45,609 nt of DNA, from positions 1-45,609 of the forward strand of contig DASXSE010000135.1 in assembly GCA_036506175.1 (NCBI GenBank). Reading direction: 5' to 3'. Source of the stretch: Gaiellaceae bacterium. Lineage in GTDB: Bacteria > Actinomycetota > Thermoleophilia > Gaiellales > Gaiellaceae. The translations under genes were made by a program, and so were the position numbers. Of this stretch, positions 15,812 to 24,177 are shown in pieces. How positions within the stretch are numbered: the first letter of the stretch is position 1; the number at the start of each line of letters is the position of its first letter. The notes beneath the pieces are model-generated. The model was not told the origin of the DNA and searched no databases. It saw nothing but the letters and a program-made list of their open reading frames with translations.

Positions 15812-17698
15812 ATGGCCGTACCGCCACGGCGACGGCCGCGCCGCGGCTCGCTCGAGCGCCCGATCTCTGGCCGCATCTATCGCACGGCCTGGCTGGCCGC
15901 TGCGGTTCCGCTTCTGGTCGCGGCCTTCAGCCTCGACCGCCCGGTCGCGCTGCAGCAACCGCGGCTCCCGCCTTCCTTCGACCGCACGACCGCCGTCCAG
16001 TTTGCGAAGGAGTTCGTCCACAGAAACCCGGACCGGCGGCCCGGGTCCTCCGGCGCGCAGGACGCGACGAATTGGGTCGCCGCGCGATTCCGCGATTACA
16101 AGTTCACCGTTCAGCGGCAGGAGTTCTCGGCGGACGTGCCCGGGCTTGGGCTCCAGCACTTCGTGAACCTCATCGCCACAGCCCCTCCGCGCGCGGGTCA
16201 AGAGATCGCGCGATCCCAGCAGGTCATCGTGGTCATGGCTCATCGAGACAACCTGGGCGGCTCGCCGGGCGCGAACGACAACGGGTCCGGAACCGGAGCC
16301 TTGCTCGAGCTCGCGCGCGACATCGGCAGCTCGGCGCTCGCCCATTCCGTCGTCCTCCTGTCGGAGGACGGGGGTGCTTACGGCTCGCTCGGCGCGCAGG
16401 AATTCGCCAGCAACTCGGGGTATGCGGACCGCCTTGCGGCCGTCATCAACCTCGATGCGATCGGAGGTGACGGCGCACCGCGCCTCGAATTCGCGGGCGA
16501 GACACCGCGCTCTCCAGCGGCGACGCTTGTCGCGACCGCCGAGGCGACCATCGTCGCGCAGGCGAACCGAGAGCCCGCGCGGCCGAGCGCCGGAGCCCAG
16601 CTCATCGACCTTGCCTTCCCATTCACCTTGTATGCACAGGGCCCGTTCATCGCCCACGGCGTATCCGCGGTCACACTCACGTCGGCGGGCCCGCGCGCGC
16701 CGCCGCCCGAGGGCGACACTCCCCCGAAGCTGAATGAGGAGCGGCTTGACCAGCTCGGGCGATCGGCGCAGGTCCTCCTCGGCTCCCTCGACGCAGCCGC
16801 GGACGTTGCCCGCGGTACCGAGTCGTATGTGTGGGTCGGTTCCCGGCTCATCCGGGGCTGGGCGATTCAGTTCCTCTTCCTGACCGCGTTGATCCCCTTC
16901 CTGGCCGCGGTGATCGATCTCTTCGCGCGCTGTCGTCGCCGGCATATCGCGCTCTGGCCTGCCCTGCGCAGCCTCCTCAGCCGGCTCGGCGTCTGGCTTT
17001 GGGTTGGGGCGCTGTTCGCCTTCCTGACCTTCACGGGGATCTTTCCCGAAGGCGATTCCCGACCGATCGCACCGGACACGCAGGTCGCGGGCGATTGGGC
17101 GATCGCAGGGCTCTTCGCTCTGGCAGGCCTCTCCTTCGTGGGCTGGCTCGTGGCGAGACCGCAGCTCGTCCCGCGGCGAAGCATCACGCGGCCCGAAGAG
17201 TTGGGCGGGCACCTTGCTGCAATGCTCGGGCTCGGCGTCGTCGCCCTCGTCGTCGCCGCGCAGAACCCGTTTGCCCTTCTGTTCGTCCTGCCCTCCGTCC
17301 ACGCCTGGCTTTGGCTCCCGCACGCATCCGACCGCGGGCGCTCGGCGGCTCTGGCTGTCTACGCCCTCGGGTTCATCGGGCCACTGATCCTCTTCGCTTC
17401 CTTTGCAATCCGGTTTCAGCTCGGGTTCGACGCGCTCTGGTACGTGCTGGCGCTCACCTCCATCGGCTACGTCCCGGTCCCGCTCGTCCTCGCGTTCCTC
17501 GGTTGGGCCGCGGTGGCCGCGCAGGCAGGTGCTGTGGCGGTTGGACGCTACGCCCCCTACCCGGCTGCACAGGAGCGCCCCAAGCGCGGGCCGATCAGGG
17601 AATCCATCCGCCAGGTGATTTTTCTCACGCGTCGACTACGCTCAGACCAGGGCAAGAGCATCGAACCAGCCGAAGAATCCGAAGCCTTAGAGGAGTAA
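15812..17698 (+). CDS. M28-family metallopeptidase domain fused to a polytopic membrane domain
   Basis: Start ATG 15812. N-terminal TM (WLAAAVPLLVAAF). M28 motifs VVMAHRDN, GANDNGSGTGALLELAR, LLSEDGGAYGSLGAQEF, INLDAIG. Then about 300 aa of hydrophobic helices and an acidic tail. Confidence 0.7.
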   Translation: MAVPPRRRPRRGSLERPISGRIYRTAWLAAAVPLLVAAFSLDRPVALQQPRLPPSFDRTTAVQFAKEFVHRNPDRRPGSSGAQDATNWVAARFRDYKFTVQRQEFSADVPGLGLQHFVNLIATAPPRAGQEIARSQQVIVVMAHRDNLGGSPGANDNGSGTGALLELARDIGSSALAHSVVLLSEDGGAYGSLGAQEFASNSGYADRLAAVINLDAIGGDGAPRLEFAGETPRSPAATLVATAEATIVAQANREPARPSAGAQLIDLAFPFTLYAQGPFIAHGVSAVTLTSAGPRAPPPEGDTPPKLNEERLDQLGRSAQVLLGSLDAAADVARGTESYVWVGSRLIRGWAIQFLFLTALIPFLAAVIDLFARCRRRHIALWPALRSLLSRLGVWLWVGALFAFLTFTGIFPEGDSRPIAPDTQVAGDWAIAGLFALAGLSFVGWLVARPQLVPRRSITRPEELGGHLAAMLGLGVVALVVAAQNPFALLFVLPSVHAWLWLPHASDRGRSAALAVYALGFIGPLILFASFAIRFQLGFDALWYVLALTSIGYVPVPLVLAFLGWAAVAAQAGAVAVGRYAPYPAAQERPKRGPIRESIRQVIFLTRRLRSDQGKSIEPAEESEALEE

Positions 17699-18421
17699 AT
17701 GCGCAAGACCCGCCGTCTCGGGACGATCTTGCTCGTCGTCGGACTAATCGCGATCGCGTACGGCGCGGCAGTCCTCTTTTGGCGTGATCCCCTCACCGAC
17801 CTCTACACTCGTTACGAACAGCACAAGCTCGCCGGCCAGTTCGAGCAGGCATGGCCGGACTACCAGACGGGCCACCTCGGAGCGGATTTCAGCGGAGATG
17901 ACGCCGCGCGACTGGCGGCCGTCCGCGCGCAGGTTGCGAGCGCTGCGAGGGACTTCCAGCGGCGCCTTCGCGACGGCAAGCCCATGGGCCGCCTGGCGAT
18001 TCGTCGCATGGGCCTGAACGTCATCTTTGTCCAAGGGACGAACTGGACGCACGACCTGTCGAAGGGCCCGGGACATTACGAGCAGACCTCCGTCCCCGGG
18101 CTTGGGAAGGTGACAGCGATCGCGGGACACAGGACCACTTTCGGCGCTCCCTTTCGGAAGATCGACCACCTCCGCCAGGGCGACCCGATCGTCGTCAAGG
18201 TCCCCTACGGCACGTTCACGTACCGAGTGCTGAGGCACCGGGTCGTGAAGTCGAACGACTGGAGCATCATCGGCTCGCACGGTTTCGACGAGCTCGTGCT
18301 CTCCGCTTGCCACCCGCTCTACAGCGCCTCTCATCGGTGGATCGTCTTCGCACGGCTGGTCGAGGTGACATCCTCCAACGGCGCCACGTACAAGCTCGCG
18401 GCGGGCAGCCGGATCGACTAG
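17699..18421 (+). CDS. sortase-family cysteine transpeptidase (class E/D-like)
   Basis: N-terminal TM anchor, catalytic His (TAIAGHRTTFG), Cys (LVLSACHP) and Arg (SHRWIVFA) in sortase order. The ATG immediately follows the upstream TAA (TAAATG). Confidence 0.75.
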   Translation: MRKTRRLGTILLVVGLIAIAYGAAVLFWRDPLTDLYTRYEQHKLAGQFEQAWPDYQTGHLGADFSGDDAARLAAVRAQVASAARDFQRRLRDGKPMGRLAIRRMGLNVIFVQGTNWTHDLSKGPGHYEQTSVPGLGKVTAIAGHRTTFGAPFRKIDHLRQGDPIVVKVPYGTFTYRVLRHRVVKSNDWSIIGSHGFDELVLSACHPLYSASHRWIVFARLVEVTSSNGATYKLAAGSRID

Positions 18422-18427
18422 CTACTA

Positions 18428-19642
18428 CTAGCCGAGCGCGATGTAGCGAACGGATGCCCCCGCCGGCACCTCACCCTCGCCGGCTTCGAGCTCGACGAGT
18501 GCGCTCGCGCGGCCGGCGCGCGCGATCATGTGGGACTCCTGCCCGGAGAGCGGATCGAGGACCACAGCGTCGCCGTCGCGCCTCTGCTGAGCGCGCACGT
18601 ACTCGTCCCGGTGCGCATTGCGGCGGACCGCCGCCCCCAGGACCCCGTGACTGAACTCGGGAAGAGGGTCCGGAATTCCGAGCAAAGCATTGACCGCAGG
18701 CCGCACGAAGAGCTCAAAGGTGACCAGTACCGAGACCGGATTGCCCGGCAGGTTGAAGACGAGATGGTCGCGCCGCACGCCGAACGCGATCGGCTTCCCG
18801 GGCTTGACCGCCACTCCCCAGAAGAGCTCCTCGACGCGCAGCTTCGCCTGCGTCGCCCGCACGAGATCGTGCGGACCCACAGAAGCACCGCCGGACGTGA
18901 TGAGCATGTCGAACCCGAGCAGGGCGCGTTCCATCGCGCGCTCGTGCTCGTCCGCATCGTCCGCGATCACGCCCAGCTGCGCCGGAACCGCCCCCGCGAG
19001 CTGCAGCGCAGTCGCCAGAAGGAGCCCATTCGATTCGTAGATCTCACCCGCAGCCAGCTGCTCTCCTGGCTGACGCAACTCCGAGCCCGTGACGAGAATC
19101 CCCACCCGCGGTCTCTTCGCGCACTGGACTTCCGAGACGCCGACGGCCGCAAGTGCCGCCACCTGGGGCGGCCCGAGTCTCGCGCCCGGTTCGAGCACGG
19201 TTTCGCCCTCAGGAATGTCGCTCCCGCGCCCGCGAATGTGGGTGCCCGCCGCCACCGCTTTGCGCACCTCGATCTCGCCACCGTCGTCCTCGACGAGCTC
19301 GAGCGGAATGACGGCATCAGCGCCCTCGGGGACAGCGCCGCCGGTGGAGATTGCCATTGCCTCGCCCACTTCCAGCCGCGCCGACGCCGGACTGCCCGCG
19401 GCGATGCGGGCCACAACCGGAAGACGCACCGGCACCGTGGCCGTGTCAGCAGCGTGAACCGCGAATCCGTCCATTGCGGAGCTTGGAAACGGCGGCAGGT
19501 CGACAAGCGCCGTGACGGGCGCGGCGAGGACACGCCCGGCCGCGCGCTCGATCGGAACGCGTTCAGGATCGAGGCACTTCGCATGCTCGAGGACGATCCG
19601 CTGCGCCTCACCGACCGAGATCAGCTGCGTCGCCGTGCTCAT
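18428..19642 (-). CDS. moeA: molybdopterin molybdenumtransferase MoeA
   Basis: Start ATG 19642 (MSTATQLISVGEAQRIVLEH). Motifs PPFPSSAMDGFAV, ITSGGASVGPHD, LPGNPVS. The Arg-rich upstream extension of the track ORF is rejected. Confidence 0.9.
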   Translation of the reverse strand: MSTATQLISVGEAQRIVLEHAKCLDPERVPIERAAGRVLAAPVTALVDLPPFPSSAMDGFAVHAADTATVPVRLPVVARIAAGSPASARLEVGEAMAISTGGAVPEGADAVIPLELVEDDGGEIEVRKAVAAGTHIRGRGSDIPEGETVLEPGARLGPPQVAALAAVGVSEVQCAKRPRVGILVTGSELRQPGEQLAAGEIYESNGLLLATALQLAGAVPAQLGVIADDADEHERAMERALLGFDMLITSGGASVGPHDLVRATQAKLRVEELFWGVAVKPGKPIAFGVRRDHLVFNLPGNPVSVLVTFELFVRPAVNALLGIPDPLPEFSHGVLGAAVRRNAHRDEYVRAQQRRDGDAVVLDPLSGQESHMIARAGRASALVELEAGEGEVPAGASVRYIALG

Positions 19643-19837
19643 GCGGGGTACGCTAACTGAGGGATTGGCGGAGCATCGCTCGTCGCCGGGACGGGATGGT
19701 CGCTCCAACGCATCCGCGTTCAGAGTGACAAAGAAGCCCGCGTATTGACCGCAAATACGGGGGCGAGTGAGGCTGCCGCCTCGGGGCGATCCAGCGCGCC
19801 TCCGGCGGCTCAGCTGATGTTTCGCCAAGCCCTCAGA

Positions 19838-21028
19838 TCAGAGGGGAACGGCGTCGCGCAACAAGTAGGCGCTGAGAGCCAAGGCAAGCCCTTGGCCCAG
19901 CCGATCCTCCTCGATCGCCACGAGCGGAACCGTCCAGACCACGTACCAGGGCACGAGCCAGGGTGCGGCGACGATGAGGAGTCCCGCCGCCAAGCCGAGA
20001 CGCGCACGCCCCCGCCAGGCCTCCCGCAGCAGCCAGAGGTAGGCGATCCCGAAGAGTGCGGCGAGCAGGCCAACCGCCACGTCGTGCGGCAGCCCAATGC
20101 TTTCGAGGCGGCTGGGGATGCTGTAGCGCGCACCTTCGCGGAGGTTTCGCGCCACCGGGCCGAAGGCGTCGAGCCACGCGCCTCCGTATCGCCAGGTCGC
20201 TACGGCCGCCAGCACAACAGCGGCCGCTGCGAAGCCGACGTGCCCGACGCGCCTCCTCTGACGCCAGGCCTCGAGCGCGCGCAGGGGGAGGAAGATGAGA
20301 GCAACCCATTTCACGGCGATGGCGGAGGCCCAAGCGGCACCCGCGAGCTGGCGCCGACCCATCGATGCGAGGGCCAGCGCCGCAAGAACGAGTGCCATCA
20401 TCCAGGCGTCGTTGTGGCCGCCGCCCGCGAAGTGAATGGCGAGGAGCGGATTCCAGCCTACGAACACGGCCGCGAATTCGGGTCGAGGCGCCAGTCGAGC
20501 CGCGAGCCACACGATGGCGAGCATCGCCACGGCCCCGAGAGCCTTGTACGTCCACGCTGCCGCGGCCGCCGAGCGCCCCACCACCGCGGCATGTCCTTCC
20601 GAGGCCAGCGTGAAGGCGGGGCCGTACACCGTCGTGGTGTCGCGCCATTGCTTCCCCATGCGGCTGAACGCGGGGTCGTCCGGATACTCGTTCGGCTTGT
20701 CGACGTACGGATTCGCGCCGTGCACTGCTCCAAGCCGTCCGTAATCCCAGTACGTGTAAACGTCGGTCGAGAGCAGGACCGGAGCCGTCAATGGCGCGAG
20801 CTGGATCGCCGCCGCCACGGCCAGGGCCGCCCCCAGCCGAAACTCCCGGCCCCGGCGAATGAGGACGAGCGCGCCGAGGTAGACGAAAAACGCCGCGACC
20901 ATGGCGCCGAGGTAGATCCACGACCAGGTCGTCGTCCCGTCGTGGTGGTCGGGAGTGAGGAGCGAGGAGCTCGGCCAGGCCAGCGAACCGGCCAGGAGAA
21001 CGAGGGCCAGACAGCCTCCCCCGGCCAC
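19838..21028 (-). CDS. GT-C fold integral-membrane glycosyltransferase (DUF2029 / MptB-like mannosyltransferase)
   Basis: More than 10 TM segments. Extracytoplasmic-loop motif LSTDVYTYWDYGRLG resembles polyprenol-P-mannose-dependent mannosyltransferases. Start set at GTG 21028, the first start after the PBP stop; the longer ORF overlaps the PBP gene. Confidence 0.55.
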   Translation of the reverse strand: MAGGGCLALVLLAGSLAWPSSSLLTPDHHDGTTTWSWIYLGAMVAAFFVYLGALVLIRRGREFRLGAALAVAAAIQLAPLTAPVLLSTDVYTYWDYGRLGAVHGANPYVDKPNEYPDDPAFSRMGKQWRDTTTVYGPAFTLASEGHAAVVGRSAAAAAWTYKALGAVAMLAIVWLAARLAPRPEFAAVFVGWNPLLAIHFAGGGHNDAWMMALVLAALALASMGRRQLAGAAWASAIAVKWVALIFLPLRALEAWRQRRRVGHVGFAAAAVVLAAVATWRYGGAWLDAFGPVARNLREGARYSIPSRLESIGLPHDVAVGLLAALFGIAYLWLLREAWRGRARLGLAAGLLIVAAPWLVPWYVVWTVPLVAIEEDRLGQGLALALSAYLLRDAVPL

Positions 21029-21044
21029 CCAGAGAAGAGCCCGC

Positions 21045-23168
21045 CTACGGCGTCGTGGTGGTTCCAGCTGGCGCCGTCGTCGTTGGCGGGGGCCCGTTGC
21101 CGTTCCCCTTGCCGTTGTTCTTCTTGTCCGTCGTGGTCCCGCCCGACGACACCACGGGCGGCGGCGCGCCGAAGAACTCGTACTGGCCGTGGAAGGGCTC
21201 CCAGACAACGGGGTCGCGCGGCGGCGGCCAGTCGCGCGGCGGGTGGGCCCCATAGGCGGGAACCATGAAGAGGCGCCAGATGGTCGCGGGGAACGTGCCA
21301 CCGGCCACACGAATGCCGTGCACGCTCGTCATCGGGATCTTCGCGTTCGGATAGCCGACCCAGACGACGGTGGACGCGTTCGTCGTGATGCCCGCGAACC
21401 ACGCGTCGCCCCAGTCCTCGGTCGTCCCTGTCTTGCCGCCGGCGACATAGCCTGGATTGGCGCCGACGCCGGTGCCGCTCTGGATGTTCATCTTCAGGAT
21501 GCGCGCCACCTCGTAGGCAACGCCGTCCGAGAACACGCGCTTGCGCTTGGGATGACCCCAGCCGGCGCCCGCATCGACCTTTCCGTTCGGAAGGATGACC
21601 TTGCGGATCGCCATCGGCTCGGAATGGACACCGCCCGCCGCGATCGTCGCGTAGGCGGAAGCCATCTCGAGGACCCCGACCGAGTTCGAGCCGAGCCCGA
21701 CTGACGCGACCGGCTGGAGCTTGGTGACGATTCCCATCTTGTGCGCGAGGGCGACGATGCGCTCGGGCCCGAGGTCGAGCGTCAGCCGCGCGTACACGGT
21801 GTTGTCCGACCTGAGCGTCGCATTGGTGATGCTCGTCGCCCCGACGTAGCTGTTGTCGTACGTCTTCACGTCCCAGGCCTCGCTGTAGGGATCCGGCTGC
21901 CAGTGCAGGGGCGCCGACATGTACTGGGTCGAGTCCGGGTTGATGCCCTCGCGAATCGCCTCGGTGAGGACAAAGGTCTTGAACGAGGAGCCGGCCTGGC
22001 GCCGGCCCTGCGCGGCGAGGTTGAACTGCGTGTGCTTCTTGCCCGGGATCACCGCCGTCATGGCGCGGATCGCCCCGTTCTTCGGATTGATGGAGACGAT
22101 CGCGGAGGCAGGGTCCGAGGGCTGGTTCAGCGTTTCCTTGATCGCCTTCTGCGCGAGCTTCTGGAAGCGCGGAACGATTGTCGTGTAGACCTTCAGACCG
22201 CCGCCGCGAACGGTGTTCGCCCCGTATTTGGAAATCAGCTCCTCACGGACGTAGCTGAAGAAGAACGGCTCCCGGATCTTGGTGTAGATATGACCAGGCC
22301 GGAGGCCGAGCGGCGCTCCGAGCGCCTCTTGGTACTGAGCCTGGTCGATGTAGTTCGCGGTGAGCATCGCCTTCAACACCTCGCTTCGGCGGCGCGTCGC
22401 CTCGGCCGGCCGCTCGAAGGGGTCGTAGAGGCTGGGCGCCTGGGGCATGCCCGCGATGAGCGCAGCCTCGGTCAGGTCGAGATCCTTGGCGTGCTTGGAG
22501 AAGTAGGTCTGCGCGGCCGCCTCGACTCCGTAGGCGTGATTGCCGAAGTAGACCTGGTTCAGGTAGGTGGAGAGGATCCAGTCCTTGCCGTGTGCCGCCT
22601 CGACCTTGCGCGCAAGACACGCTTCCTTGATCTTCCGCTCGAGCGACCGCTCGTTCCCGATGTAGAGGTTCCGGACGAGCTGCTGGGTGATCGTCGAGCC
22701 TCCCTGGACGACATGGCCGCTCTCGAGGTTCTTGATCGCGGCGCGCAGGATCCCTTCGTAGTCGAGGCCTCCATGCTCGTAGAAGCGGCGGTCCTCGACC
22801 GCGATCGTCGCCTGGGTCACCCAGGGGGACATGGCCTGCAGCTCAACCGGCTGGCGGTTTCGCTCAGCAGGAATCGCGCCGAGAACGCTGCCGTCTGCCG
22901 CGTACACGAAGGAGTTCTGACCGATCGAGACCGGTTTCAGGAGCGCCAGGCTGCAGTTGTTGAGCACGCCGCTTGCGCTCGTGAAGGCCGCGGCAACAAC
23001 GGCGCCGATGCCGCCGAGCACAACTGCGATCGCGAGCAGGATGGCGACGCGGCGTGCGACGATCCGGTCGTGCCGCCGTCGCTGGCGGCGGCGCCTCCGC
23101 CGGGTCGGGAAGAGCGCGTTTCCGTTTCCGTTCCGCCCCCGCGAGCCGTTCTTCCCGTTCGACGGCAT
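21045..23168 (-). CDS. class A penicillin-binding protein (bifunctional transglycosylase/transpeptidase, PBP1A-like)
   Basis: GT51 motifs EDRRFYEHGG and GGSTITQQLVRN. Transpeptidase motifs SSFK, SDN, KTGTT. N-terminal TM anchor. ATG 23168 preferred over GTG 23180 (GAGG 11 nt upstream). Low-complexity G/N/P/T-rich C-terminus. Confidence 0.9.
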   Translation of the reverse strand: MPSNGKNGSRGRNGNGNALFPTRRRRRRQRRRHDRIVARRVAILLAIAVVLGGIGAVVAAAFTSASGVLNNCSLALLKPVSIGQNSFVYAADGSVLGAIPAERNRQPVELQAMSPWVTQATIAVEDRRFYEHGGLDYEGILRAAIKNLESGHVVQGGSTITQQLVRNLYIGNERSLERKIKEACLARKVEAAHGKDWILSTYLNQVYFGNHAYGVEAAAQTYFSKHAKDLDLTEAALIAGMPQAPSLYDPFERPAEATRRRSEVLKAMLTANYIDQAQYQEALGAPLGLRPGHIYTKIREPFFFSYVREELISKYGANTVRGGGLKVYTTIVPRFQKLAQKAIKETLNQPSDPASAIVSINPKNGAIRAMTAVIPGKKHTQFNLAAQGRRQAGSSFKTFVLTEAIREGINPDSTQYMSAPLHWQPDPYSEAWDVKTYDNSYVGATSITNATLRSDNTVYARLTLDLGPERIVALAHKMGIVTKLQPVASVGLGSNSVGVLEMASAYATIAAGGVHSEPMAIRKVILPNGKVDAGAGWGHPKRKRVFSDGVAYEVARILKMNIQSGTGVGANPGYVAGGKTGTTEDWGDAWFAGITTNASTVVWVGYPNAKIPMTSVHGIRVAGGTFPATIWRLFMVPAYGAHPPRDWPPPRDPVVWEPFHGQYEFFGAPPPVVSSGGTTTDKKNNGKGNGNGPPPTTTAPAGTTTTP

Positions 23169-23210
23169 CAGGCAAAACACCTCGGATTTGCGTGTTCGAA
23201 CAGCATCGGC

Positions 23211-23732
23211 TCAGGCGCCTGGGCTTCCTCCAGGGGCAACCTCTCTACGGGTGAAGGTCGCGTTGCGGATGGTATCGGAGGCCAATTTCGCGTTCGGGAC
23301 GAAGAAGCGGGCGCCGTCGTCGGCGCGGATGATGGTGTACGTAAGACCGATTTCGTCTACCACGCCCTTCGCAGAACCAACCTCTACATCGTCTCCGAGC
23401 CGGAGCGGTTGAGTGAACGCGATCAAGAGACCCGCGACGAAGTTGGAGAGCGTGGTCTGAGCAGCAAAACCAATGATGAGGGCGATGACGGCCGACGAGG
23501 CCAACAGCGGCGCCGCGACCGCGCGAAACGCCGGGATGACGAGCAGCGCCGAGAGGGTCCCGATCACGAAGACGGTGATGATCGCGCTCCTCCTGATGAC
23601 GCGGTAGCGCGTCAGCGTTTCCGGGCGCTGTTCCAGACGGCCGGCCAACACCCGGTCCACGATGCGCGCGACGATGATGGTCGCGACCATGACGCCGCCG
23701 GCTACAAGCAGGCGCTGCCAGATCTCATCCAT
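23211..23732 (-). CDS. small MscS-family mechanosensitive channel protein
   Basis: 173 aa. Three hydrophobic helices, the last being the pore-lining type (IIGFAAQTTLSNFVAGLLIAF), followed by a beta-domain (PLRLGDDVEVGSAKGVVDEIGLTYT). No C-terminal alpha/beta domain. Confidence 0.65.
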   Translation of the reverse strand: MDEIWQRLLVAGGVMVATIIVARIVDRVLAGRLEQRPETLTRYRVIRRSAIITVFVIGTLSALLVIPAFRAVAAPLLASSAVIALIIGFAAQTTLSNFVAGLLIAFTQPLRLGDDVEVGSAKGVVDEIGLTYTIIRADDGARFFVPNAKLASDTIRNATFTRREVAPGGSPGA

Positions 23733-23746
23733 GGATGCTCAGTTCT

Positions 23747-24151
23747 CTAGAACGGGAGGGGCTTCCTGCCCGCGAACCCCTCTTCGAGGCCGTGCCAATG
23801 CTCCACGCCGGCCTCGCCGAGCTCCCAGCAGAGCAGCACCGTCTCCTCGGTCTCCGGATGGTGCGCCGGGAAGTCCACCAGGCCGCGGTCGAGATCCTTC
23901 ACCTGCACACCCAAGGACTCGAGCTCGGCGACGAAGCCCGCGATCTCGCCGGCGGCGTCGGCGACCTGCTCCTGGAGCTCACGAACACGCTCCGGGTCGA
24001 GACCGCCACCGTTGCCGGCAACCCTCACCTGGACACGCTCGAGCCGCTCGCCCACATGAAGGAACCGGCGACGCGCCTGAACGAGCTGCTCGACCAGCGG
24101 ACGAACGACCTCGAGGGCCGCGTTCGCCTCGTCCTCAGTGAAGAACTGCAT
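23747..24151 (-). CDS. DUF2203 domain protein
   Basis: Start ATG 24151 (MQFFTEDEANAALEVVRPLVEQL...). Ends with the DFPAH...LLCW...W motif typical of DUF2203. Confidence 0.55.
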   Translation of the reverse strand: MQFFTEDEANAALEVVRPLVEQLVQARRRFLHVGERLERVQVRVAGNGGGLDPERVRELQEQVADAAGEIAGFVAELESLGVQVKDLDRGLVDFPAHHPETEETVLLCWELGEAGVEHWHGLEEGFAGRKPLPF

Positions 24152-24177
24152 CCCGGAATGTTGAATAGTGCCGACGC

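Noticed and set aside
15629-17323. 564-aa minus-strand ORF antisense to the M28-membrane gene
   Set aside because: It is Arg/Glu/Pro/Gly-rich low-complexity translation with no recognisable motifs. It is a typical shadow ORF of a GC-rich coding region, and the plus-strand frame carries clear M28 motifs.
19643-19837. Calling a Moco riboswitch upstream of moeA
   Set aside because: The context is suggestive and the region is structured. I could not match it to the Moco motif by eye, and GC-rich sequence always yields stems. It is kept only as a candidate needing cmsearch.
21741-23750. 669-aa plus-strand ORF antisense to PBP1A and the MscS-like gene
   Set aside because: It spans two real minus-strand genes and their spacer. 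Its composition is Arg/Asp-rich and it has no motifs.
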